Origin: an archaeon
GTDB lineage: Archaea > EX4484-52 > B79-G9
Length of the DNA: 32,654 nucleotides
NCBI GenBank assembly: GCA_043813875.1
Contig: JBDRKP010000075.1
Coordinates: forward strand, 1 to 32,654
Direction of reading: 5' to 3'
Positions 8,452 through 16,455 of the stretch are shown here, one piece after another (the stretch's first letter is position 1; every line of letters starts with the position of its first letter). The notes beneath the pieces are model-generated. The model was given only the letters and a program-made list of their open reading frames with translations. It made no database searches and was not told the DNA's origin. The position numbers were made by a program, and so were the translations under genes.

Positions 8452-9360
8452 CTAAGAATATTTCTTTTCCAGTTCATCCCATTTATCTCTCTTTTCTCCC
8501 TTCCTGTATCCGATGAATAAAAGAATTGCAATCAGCAGGAAGCCGACAAGATAATAAACCAGATAGCTCTTACCTGAGATGCAATCCGCATCTTTTCCGG
8601 AAGCGCAATCAGTGTCGCATATTCCGTCTTTCACGCCATCGCAGTAGCCGTCATCTGACCCTTTTGGGCAGTCTGCCTTGCATGTTTTGTAACTCTCACC
8701 CGTATCGCACTTGCCGTCACCACAGGTTGGCCCTGCATCACATTCTCCGCAGTCTTTCGGGCAACTGCTACAGCTCTCGTCTTTATCGCATATATCATTT
8801 CCGCATTTGATGCAGTCCGGATCCTCGCCTGGCGCACAGTCCGCATCACACACAGCATCGCTCTTGCCGTCGCATTTATTCGCATCCTTGTTTGCGCAAT
8901 CACCCGGGCAATTAAGCTCATTCTCATAACCCTCGCACACGGAGTTCTTTTTGCAGAGATGTTCAGAAACATCCAGAGTATAAATCAGCTTATCCTCATG
9001 ATACAATTCGATTGTTTTCGCATTTTTAAAATACGGTAATCTTATAAATTGTTCTGCACTTTCAAGCACGACCTCTTCTCCTTTCATATTGCCGTCTTCA
9101 TCCCTCGTTTCCCTGTAAGTTACAAATCCTATCTGTAACTTGGATTCAAACAGCACCTCATCATCAAAAGATATGATTTTTATCGGGTAATTGCCAGCCT
9201 GATCAGCATATACATTCTGGCTGCCGCTGATGATTTTAAAGTCTTTAAGATCCACCGCATCATCATTATGGACATTTAGATATAAGACAAACACTTCATT
9301 AGCTTGAGCAACAGCCACAGAAGAGATTAAAATAATAAAAAAGAGCACTATATATTTCAT
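8452..9360 (-). CDS. Secreted, C-terminally membrane-anchored Cys-rich protein (partner of the upstream metalloprotease)
   Basis: Class I signal peptide MKYIVLFFIILISSVAVAQA, a beta-rich N-domain ending LPYFKNAKTIELY, CGxxxCDxxESxxxCxxDC and DGxCDxDC repeats, and C-terminal TM YLVYYLVGFLLIAILLFIGY plus charged tail. ATG lies 2 nt after the stop of 9363..11108. Confidence 0.85.
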   Translation of the reverse strand: MKYIVLFFIILISSVAVAQANEVFVLYLNVHNDDAVDLKDFKIISGSQNVYADQAGNYPIKIISFDDEVLFESKLQIGFVTYRETRDEDGNMKGEEVVLESAEQFIRLPYFKNAKTIELYHEDKLIYTLDVSEHLCKKNSVCEGYENELNCPGDCANKDANKCDGKSDAVCDADCAPGEDPDCIKCGNDICDKDESCSSCPKDCGECDAGPTCGDGKCDTGESYKTCKADCPKGSDDGYCDGVKDGICDTDCASGKDADCISGKSYLVYYLVGFLLIAILLFIGYRKGEKRDKWDELEKKYS

Positions 9361-9362
9361 AT

Positions 9363-11108
9363 TCAACACCCCGTTAGCCATGTGCTTAATGCGCTACTTT
9401 TCAAATGATTATATCCGTTAGGTCCGAAATGATCCATAGGACTGCAATAATCCATGATGAAATATTTCTTATCATCCGCAGGCGTATACGAGCAGTCAAG
9501 ACAATTCGGGTTATTTGGCGTAACCATGCATGCATGGCATGGCACATCACAGTCCACATGCCCTAACCCCAGCGTATGCCCTAGTTCATGCGTGGTTGCC
9601 TCAGGCCACGTGTCACTCACAGACACTCCATCACCGGGTATGCCTGATGCGCAACCCCCTACAGGGCCGCTAATCCCCTTTGTGATAGCGACAAATCGAT
9701 TATATATTCCTGCCAGAGCAGCATTATTTAATACGCATGCCCTCGCTTTAATTATGCAGTCTGTGCAATGATCCGTACATGTCTCTTGACAATCTGAAAC
9801 ATCAATATAATGGACTTTTACGTTCTCCTCCGGGTATGGACACTCGCTGAAAGGAGATTTCGCCATAAAATCATTTAAAGCAGTATCTGCAATCGCTTTG
9901 TAATTATAATAATCACTTGAACTCGTCCCCCATCCTATGGGTACAAAAACGATATTAAAATAATTTATTATGACACACTGTGTGCCATTCCACTTTTGTC
10001 CATTAGGACAGCAGTGCTCATTACCGATAGGCCCGTTGCACACAAGCCCTGCCGCCCCATTGCACTCTAGTGTGCATTCGCAGGGTGTTCCGACAATTCC
10101 GGATATCGACATATTCGCAGGGCAATCAGCATTACACACTTCGCAATTCTCCCCGATACCGCATTCATCATTCCCGCAGCACTCGGCAAGCGTATCAAAA
10201 TCAATAAAACCTCCAGGGCAGTCAGGATCATTGTCAAGGAAACTACAATCCGGAGAACAGAACCCATTGCATTGTCCATCGCACACAAAGCAGTCCTCGT
10301 CTTTCAGACGGCCGGGATTTCCCGCATAAGTCGTTCCATTACAATCAAAGTCGCAGGTAATATTATTGTTAATTGGAAGTGCACAATCTGAATCACACAC
10401 TCCATCTATAATTCCACTTGAATCCGGATCACAAATACCATCCTCGGCTGTTTTGACACAATCAGGATCATAAGCCCTCTTAGGATCATCATCATTATTA
10501 TAGCAGTCCGGGTCGCATATCCCGTCAATATCTCCGGAATCAATAACCCTATTGCCATTTATGTCAACACAATCGATATCACACATGACATTATCCCTCG
10601 CATTCGTGTAACACTTCGGATCGCAGACATGATCGTCCTCATAAGCGCACGCTGCATCGCACACATCATCATACGGGTCGCAAGCTTCGATAGCGACCTC
10701 GATCATGATATCCTTCGGCATGCCGGAAGTCCATATATGCAGCTTGTCTCCCTTCTTCACAGGAAAATCACCATCATGTCCATAAACAAGTATTGCGCCA
10801 GCTCCGATAGGAGACGGCGTTCCGCTCCTGAAAAACACCAGCGCATTACCATCCTTATCGACAATATCATAGTTCCTTGCCAAGAGGCCAAACTCCTCTT
10901 TCGACATAGAAAACGTAGTCTTGACATTTATTGCCTCATTGCATTGGTCATTATAAATTGCTTCAATCAATGCCTGAAAATCATCGTATGATGCATCTTC
11001 ATCAGACATAGCTTCGCAGACATCATATATGACACTATGTACGTTATTTAGATACATTAGCCCTGCAAAGAACACAACCAACAAAAAATAGGACATTTTC
11101 GATTTCAT
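9363..11108 (-). CDS. Secreted zinc metalloprotease (metzincin-type) with Cys/Asp-rich repeat stalk
   Basis: N-terminal signal peptide, many D.(V/I)CD.DC repeats, C-terminal HELGHTLGLGH (HEXXHXXGXXH) and Met-turn-like FIMDY. The segment NIVFVPIGW...A...F..SPF...NV resembles the start of M64-type catalytic domains. Confidence 0.85.
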   Translation of the reverse strand: MKSKMSYFLLVVFFAGLMYLNNVHSVIYDVCEAMSDEDASYDDFQALIEAIYNDQCNEAINVKTTFSMSKEEFGLLARNYDIVDKDGNALVFFRSGTPSPIGAGAILVYGHDGDFPVKKGDKLHIWTSGMPKDIMIEVAIEACDPYDDVCDAACAYEDDHVCDPKCYTNARDNVMCDIDCVDINGNRVIDSGDIDGICDPDCYNNDDDPKRAYDPDCVKTAEDGICDPDSSGIIDGVCDSDCALPINNNITCDFDCNGTTYAGNPGRLKDEDCFVCDGQCNGFCSPDCSFLDNDPDCPGGFIDFDTLAECCGNDECGIGENCEVCNADCPANMSISGIVGTPCECTLECNGAAGLVCNGPIGNEHCCPNGQKWNGTQCVIINYFNIVFVPIGWGTSSSDYYNYKAIADTALNDFMAKSPFSECPYPEENVKVHYIDVSDCQETCTDHCTDCIIKARACVLNNAALAGIYNRFVAITKGISGPVGGCASGIPGDGVSVSDTWPEATTHELGHTLGLGHVDCDVPCHACMVTPNNPNCLDCSYTPADDKKYFIMDYCSPMDHFGPNGYNHLKSSALSTWLTGC

Positions 11109-11135
11109 AGTTACACCCAGGCCTAAAATAAATAT

Positions 11136-11158
11136 TGTTTAAGTAGTATATATAATTT
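11136..11158 (-). promoter_or_regulatory. Putative TATA-containing promoter motif shared with 13383-13404
   Basis: Minus strand AAATTATATATACTACTTAAACA upstream of the protease gene; AAATTATATATACCCTTAAACA upstream of 12728..13363. Confidence 0.5.
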
Positions 11159-11183
11159 CTATTCATCTCAAAAGAAGAAAGCA

Positions 11184-11642
11184 TTAGCAGTCCGTCTGGG
11201 ATTCTCTGATCTTCTTTATGATTTGTTTCGTACTATAAAGCGGATTTTTCTTGAGTTCATCCAATCGTTTAATCTCTGTATTAAGACCGGCTTTTTCTAT
11301 CTTTGCCCGAAACTCAGAAACATCATGTATTTGATTAGGCCCAAGAACTATGACATCAGGCCTTATCTCCTTGACAATCTCAATGAAATCCTCATTCTCT
11401 CTGCCAAGAACCGCAAAATCCACCGGCTTTAGAGACCGAATCACATCAAGCCGCTGATTTTCAGGAATGATTGGTGTTCTTTTCAGTCTTTTTACAGTCG
11501 AGTCCCGGGCAACAACAACAACAAGATAGTCCCCTAACTCCTTTGCCTTTTTAAGAAAATAGATATGCCCTGGATGTATGATATCAAACGTTCCGCCGGC
11601 AAGAACAATTCTGCCCTTTCCTTTCAACTGCTCAAAATCCAT
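11184..11642 (-). CDS. ribL: Archaeal FAD synthetase (cytidylyltransferase superfamily)
   Basis: LAGGTFDIIHPGH (HxGH), LVVVVARD, IIPENQRL, PDVIVLGPNQ, YSTKQI; 152 aa. Confidence 0.85.
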   Translation of the reverse strand: MDFEQLKGKGRIVLAGGTFDIIHPGHIYFLKKAKELGDYLVVVVARDSTVKRLKRTPIIPENQRLDVIRSLKPVDFAVLGRENEDFIEIVKEIRPDVIVLGPNQIHDVSEFRAKIEKAGLNTEIKRLDELKKNPLYSTKQIIKKIRESQTDC

Positions 11643-11685
11643 GAATCAGTTATATATCTCTAAATTTATATTGGTGACTTATGGA

Positions 11686-12138
11686 TTAGCTTTTAACTTC
11701 TATCTTGTCTCCGATGATTATATGATTGATAGAAAAGAGGTCCTCTGTATTCAAATTCGCGCCAGACAAGTCAACATTTACTCCTGGTGTCGTGATTGCA
11801 GCAGTTATATCTGCAGGTAAAACCGTACCCGTATGCGTGCCTTTGATGACAAAACAGACCTTGCTTTCTGTCATGTCTCTTGTCTCAGCCCAGCACAATT
11901 CAATATATCTTGCCATTTCCGCCGCGAATTCCCCAGGAGGCCTGTTTGTGCCTATATCCACGAATGCTGCATTAGGCTCCGGTTCCTCACGTCCGGGATC
12001 AGAAACCAGTTTCCATTTTTTTAAAGTATCTCCCTTGAAAGTGAGTATCATCCCTATGACCACGCTTATGACAACAAGCACGATAATCAGCTTTACGATA
12101 TATTCGATAGCCATTTGCCCTTTCCGTTCATCCCTCAT
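11686..12138 (-). CDS. Class III signal peptide (type IV pilin-like) protein
   Basis: Canonical RKG|QMAIEY (Q+1, E+5) plus hydrophobic helix. Head motif FAAEMARYIELCW...VCFVI is shared with the two upstream genes. Confidence 0.88.
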   Translation of the reverse strand: MRDERKGQMAIEYIVKLIIVLVVISVVIGMILTFKGDTLKKWKLVSDPGREEPEPNAAFVDIGTNRPPGEFAAEMARYIELCWAETRDMTESKVCFVIKGTHTGTVLPADITAAITTPGVNVDLSGANLNTEDLFSINHIIIGDKIEVKS

Positions 12139-12695
12139 GCTTTCACCACAACTTTGTCGCTGGATTCATTATATTCTATTAATATTAGTGTTTGGTCCCT
12201 AATAAATATATTGGTCACATCCCACACAATCTGGTCATTGATTCCGCAGTTGCCGTCATATATCTCTTCATCCCCGCTCTCATTTATGATTATGTTGTTC
12301 TGCAGCACATCGCACCCTTTCTCATCCTCAAGAAGCTTGGTGACATTGTATTCGTAGATTGCATCATTTGGCTTTTTTTCAGCAAACAACGCATAGCAAA
12401 GTCGGACATTATCTTCCTGCAGGCATCCTGCCTTCTCTCTGAAGCAGGTTATAGAATGCGCTGCAATATCACGTATAAATGATTCCGTATCCGAAGTTTG
12501 GATTTTATATCGCTCAGATGTGCATGTAACCGCATCGCAGAACGCCGGCGGTTCAGCGAGATTTGAGTAGGCAGAACAGAAAATGTTTTTAGCGGATCCT
12601 CTGATTACGCCCATAAACGAAAGCATTATGACCAAAGCCACAATCCCTAGCGTCATTATGGCTATAGTATCAAAAGCCAAACCTTTTTTACCCAT
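12135..12695 (-). CDS. Class III signal peptide (pilin-like) protein
   Basis: MGKKG|LAFDTIAIMTLGIVALVIMLSFM; FIRDIAAHSITCF...LCYAL and C..L.NN...CG..D...W motifs shared with 12728..13363. Confidence 0.85.
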   Translation of the reverse strand: MGKKGLAFDTIAIMTLGIVALVIMLSFMGVIRGSAKNIFCSAYSNLAEPPAFCDAVTCTSERYKIQTSDTESFIRDIAAHSITCFREKAGCLQEDNVRLCYALFAEKKPNDAIYEYNVTKLLEDEKGCDVLQNNIIINESGDEEIYDGNCGINDQIVWDVTNIFIRDQTLILIEYNESSDKVVVKA

Positions 12696-12727
12696 TTATA
12701 ATAACCCCGCATCGACATCTATTTTAA

Positions 12728-13363
12728 TTAACAATTTTCTATACATTTATCACAAACAACAACCACAGTACCCATACACTCCGTATACATCCCATCACAT
12801 ACCGGTCCGCTGCATTTGCTGTGCATCTCCTCGCAGTTCTTCTCGAAATCACGGCATCTGTCATCGCATTTTGCGATACAGCATTGACCGAGGCACAGGG
12901 CATCAGTCTCAATTATCTCGATTCTTCTTCTTGACGCAGAATATGCGATTTTGACTTCGGTATCTTTTTCAATTAATTCCCAATACACTTTGTCTTCTTT
13001 GCCGCACTTATTATCCGCGATGTTGTCTAGATTAAGATGATTATTCGGCAGATACTCGCAATCAAGAAACTCATTAAACAGAGTCTCAGTAACATTATCC
13101 GTAGCATTGATCTTTATAGTGAAACACACATCACTATTAGGGGCAGCCCCTTTTTTGTTCAGTTTCCAGCAATCTTGTGAAAGAGTTACAAGATATTCGG
13201 CAACAAACTTTGGTTCTCCCTCAAGATTATCTTCAACAAACGAATTCTTCACACCAGAGCCGAACTTATTTGCGATCGAGAAAAGCAGGATTCCAAGTGC
13301 CAGTGCAAATATAATCATTATCACTTCAGGATAGGCCAATATCGCCGCCTTCTTTTTATTCAT
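12728..13363 (-). CDS. Class III signal peptide (pilin-like) protein with Cys-rich tail
   Basis: MNKKKA|AILAYPEVIMIIFALALGILLFSI; FVAEYLVTLSQDCW...VCFTI; C-terminal CxxxC-type heptad Cys repeats. Confidence 0.82.
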   Translation of the reverse strand: MNKKKAAILAYPEVIMIIFALALGILLFSIANKFGSGVKNSFVEDNLEGEPKFVAEYLVTLSQDCWKLNKKGAAPNSDVCFTIKINATDNVTETLFNEFLDCEYLPNNHLNLDNIADNKCGKEDKVYWELIEKDTEVKIAYSASRRRIEIIETDALCLGQCCIAKCDDRCRDFEKNCEEMHSKCSGPVCDGMYTECMGTVVVVCDKCIENC

Positions 13364-13457
13364 AGGTACCAATTAATTCTAGTGTTTAAGGGTATATATA
13401 ATTTACATAATGCCTATTCGTTTTTGACCTTTCTATTCGTCAATGAATCCCCCAGTA

Positions 13458-14225
13458 TCATGATTTTATAACAACATTATCTGAATTCAACATATACTTT
13501 GCCGATATTTTATATTCGCCATCCATCTGGATGCCATCAAAAAAAACCTCGCAATATAATTCCCTGCACATTTTTTCTTTGCCAAGTACCAGGCACAGAG
13601 TGTTATTTTCCAATAAAATAGGATGATTTATATGGAATGTTTTTGAATCAGAATAAGTGGCATATCCTCTTCTTCCGGTCATGCATGTATAATCGATAAA
13701 CCCTGCTACCCGCTCAAGATCCCCTGCAAATGTTGTAATCTTTATATTGCCTGGATTTATCTCTTTATCAGAATGCCTGATTGCTATAGGGATAGTTGAC
13801 ACCCTTCTTTGGTCAAGAACTTCATTTGCCATCTTTTTACTATACTCTGTGGTTCCAAAAGTCCATGCCTCTCCGCTTGTGAGGTCTATAACTTCCGCAT
13901 GCCATCCGCTCATATAGTTTCTTGCACATTCCGGCTCCACCTTCTGGTATGTTCTATTAAACTCATCCAGTTTTTCCGTTGAGACGATGGAGCCATAAAT
14001 ACCCTTATCTTTAGGATCTTTAGATTCATATGCGAGGCAATCTATTGAATTTGCAAGAATGGATAACGTATCCTTTGTGTCAATAATTGTATCTATTGTC
14101 AGAGCATCGTTATATGCGTCATACTTGTAATTTTGTAGTGAATAAATAAGCATAAATATGACTATGAGTGTCATAACAAGAGCAATCGGCTTTACAATAT
14201 AATACTGGCCTTTCCTGGTTTTCAT
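13458..14225 (-). CDS. Class III signal peptide (pilin-like) protein; paralog of 7101..7862
   Basis: MKTRKG|QYYIVKPIALVMTLIVIFMLIYSL; colinear motif sharing with 7101..7862, including KP in the N-helix. Confidence 0.85.
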   Translation of the reverse strand: MKTRKGQYYIVKPIALVMTLIVIFMLIYSLQNYKYDAYNDALTIDTIIDTKDTLSILANSIDCLAYESKDPKDKGIYGSIVSTEKLDEFNRTYQKVEPECARNYMSGWHAEVIDLTSGEAWTFGTTEYSKKMANEVLDQRRVSTIPIAIRHSDKEINPGNIKITTFAGDLERVAGFIDYTCMTGRRGYATYSDSKTFHINHPILLENNTLCLVLGKEKMCRELYCEVFFDGIQMDGEYKISAKYMLNSDNVVIKS

Positions 14226-14321
14226 ATATGATATATAACATGCACAAAGGTAGTATATAAATTTATAAAATCAAAAGATGTTTGTCATCAAAGAAATTCA
14301 CTCAAAATATATCCAATTCTA

Positions 14322-15266
14322 TTAGATACAATCAATATCATCTGCTGGACCGCAGTCGGGATCGCAGATGCCTGCTGCACTCGCACAATCCATGTCGCAT
14401 ACACCGTCATATGAAAGCGTTTTTATGCCGGATGCTTCTGTATATCCGCAGTCAAGGTCGCAGTAGTCGTCTTGTGAAAATCCTATTGGATTCTGATCGT
14501 ATTTATTGCAGTCCGGGTCGCAAGTGCCCCATATCGATGTGCCGTTGTTCAGGCAGTCCCTGTCACATATGCGATCCTCAATCATGTGCGTGTCGCCATC
14601 GCATATCCTGTCATTTTCAGTTTCTTTTGTTCGTTTGTAGCCATTGCCGTCTTCATCAAAATTCTTTGTGCAGTCTTTTAGCTCGTTTATCTTGTCCTTG
14701 TCGTTTGTGAAACAGTCTGCGTCACAGACGCCGTCGCCGGCTCTTGAACAGCGCCTGTCGCATACATTATCGAAAACCTTGTGTTTGTTGCATTGCGGGT
14801 CGCAGTAATCTTCAAGGATGCATGCAGGATCGCACCTGTCGTCGTTCGTGTTGCAGATGCACTTGTCCTTGCTCAATGAAATGCGCATGTCGTCCTGGTT
14901 CTTTACGATGCATATATATCTTGGCTTATCAAGTGTATATGATCGTGTATGCGTCAGTGCCTGGAACGGCGCCCTGATAGTTATGTCATCGCCTTTGACA
15001 TTTATCTCTTTATAATCTACAGACACGTTGATTTTCAGGCCTTTTGGGATCTCAAAAACAAATGCGACGCTACCAGCTTCCGCTGCGGCATTATCAATAT
15101 CCCCCGCCATGCTTTTAGCAATCGACCCTATTAGAGATTTAGTGGATTCTTCAGACTGGCCCTTAAATATCATCGAGCCCATGGATGAGAGGATTATGAA
15201 GGATATGACTATGCCAAAGGCTAAGAGCATTGTTTCAGAAATTACGATGGCTGCTTTACGGTTCAT
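14322..15266 (-). CDS. Class III signal peptide (pilin-like) protein with long DxxCDxDC repeat tail; paralog of 7840..8367
   Basis: MNRKA|AIVISETMLLAFGIVISFIILSSM; ICIVK; about ten D.(V/I/Y)CD..C units. Confidence 0.85.
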   Translation of the reverse strand: MNRKAAIVISETMLLAFGIVISFIILSSMGSMIFKGQSEESTKSLIGSIAKSMAGDIDNAAAEAGSVAFVFEIPKGLKINVSVDYKEINVKGDDITIRAPFQALTHTRSYTLDKPRYICIVKNQDDMRISLSKDKCICNTNDDRCDPACILEDYCDPQCNKHKVFDNVCDRRCSRAGDGVCDADCFTNDKDKINELKDCTKNFDEDGNGYKRTKETENDRICDGDTHMIEDRICDRDCLNNGTSIWGTCDPDCNKYDQNPIGFSQDDYCDLDCGYTEASGIKTLSYDGVCDMDCASAAGICDPDCGPADDIDCI

Positions 15267-15319
15267 AATAGCCTCTTTGAACCTCTAGTAAAAATATAGA
15301 CGATAGTACTATATATTGT

Positions 15320-15862
15320 TTATTCCTCTAATGAAATGACTTTGACAGAATTTATGGAAACAGCATCTTTCGCAGTCTTTTCAATGATCATCTGATAGGT
15401 GTTGGGTATCTTCTTTTCAAGAATCTGGTTCACACGCGAAAAAAGATCCTCCCTCAGGCTTGGCGTACCCATATATGTCATGTTGATGTTGCACTCTAGT
15501 TTCTCGCACTGAGGCCCCTCATTATAGAACTGGATACACAGAAATTTCCCGAAAGATCTCTTGCCGTCCGCAATCATGCTCGAGACCTTATCCGGAGGTG
15601 GCCCTTTGATATCAGAGCTATATATGGCCTTTATGTTATCCGGGAATTTTGATGTGAGTGCATCCGAATTATGGATCCCTCCTTTGCACACCATCTTTGT
15701 CTTTGACAGAAACTCAGAGTATTCCTGGACTGCCATCTGCCTGTTTGTATTTTTCATCTGATTCCCGCCGAGACTCATGCCTATCGCAAATATCAGCATC
15801 CCCATTATGGTTAGGCCGAGAATCCACATCCACGTTGACACTTCTGCTTTCATTGTGATCAT
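15320..15862 (-). CDS. Class III signal peptide (pilin-like) protein; paralog of 16456..16995
   Basis: MKA|EVSTWMWILGLTIMGMLIFAIGMSL; shared AIY.S...GPP.D, C.QF and CN..MTYMG.P motifs. Start could be 15871, 15862 or 15853. Confidence 0.8.
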   Translation of the reverse strand: MITMKAEVSTWMWILGLTIMGMLIFAIGMSLGGNQMKNTNRQMAVQEYSEFLSKTKMVCKGGIHNSDALTSKFPDNIKAIYSSDIKGPPPDKVSSMIADGKRSFGKFLCIQFYNEGPQCEKLECNINMTYMGTPSLREDLFSRVNQILEKKIPNTYQMIIEKTAKDAVSINSVKVISLEE

Positions 15863-15891
15863 TCTAAACAATCTATTGGCCGATATAATTA

Positions 15892-16416
15892 TTATGGTGT
15901 CATTGGATTAAAGCTTACTGTTCCCGCGAATTGATAAAGTAGGTAGATTCCGACACCGACAGCCACAATCAGCCCCAGATAAAAGATGATCTCAAGAATC
16001 CTGGCAATAATTGACAATATGCCTGTCTTCTGTTTGACAGGAACCTGCGGTTGTATCTGTGGTTGCAGAGCAGGAGCTTGCTGATGTGGTTGTCTTGGCG
16101 GCATTCCTTCTTGTGGCGGAAATTGCTGCCTGTTCATATTCATATTGTTCCTGGGTGGGACTCGTTGTGTATTGGGGTATTCTGTTTCAGTCGTTTCTCC
16201 CATCGCCTCATCATTTTCATACTCTTCCGGACCGTAATCCTCTCCTTTAAACGGTGGTATGTCTTCTCTATCCGGCGTAGTCTGTTCATCAATAGGCTCT
16301 ATGAATGGCTGATTAGCGCCTTGGCTCTCCACAGCCGGAACGACTTTGGTTCCGCAGGTAAAACAATATCTCTCTCCGGGTTTTAACAACGCTCCGCAAT
16401 TAGGGCAATATGGCAT
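15892..16416 (-). CDS. Zinc-ribbon domain membrane protein
   Basis: N-terminal YCPNCG..L.PGERYCFTCGT, P/Q/E-rich linker, single C-terminal TM. Confidence 0.88.
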   Translation of the reverse strand: MPYCPNCGALLKPGERYCFTCGTKVVPAVESQGANQPFIEPIDEQTTPDREDIPPFKGEDYGPEEYENDEAMGETTETEYPNTQRVPPRNNMNMNRQQFPPQEGMPPRQPHQQAPALQPQIQPQVPVKQKTGILSIIARILEIIFYLGLIVAVGVGIYLLYQFAGTVSFNPMTP

Positions 16417-16455
16417 AAAATCACTTGAATAATAGTATTGACGTGGGTATATATA

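Noticed and set aside
7840..15266. Cys-rich proteins as ferredoxins or multiheme cytochromes
   Set aside because: No repeated CxxCH or CxxCxxCxxxCP motifs. The proteins are exported, and the Cys pattern fits disulfide/Ca2+ repeats.
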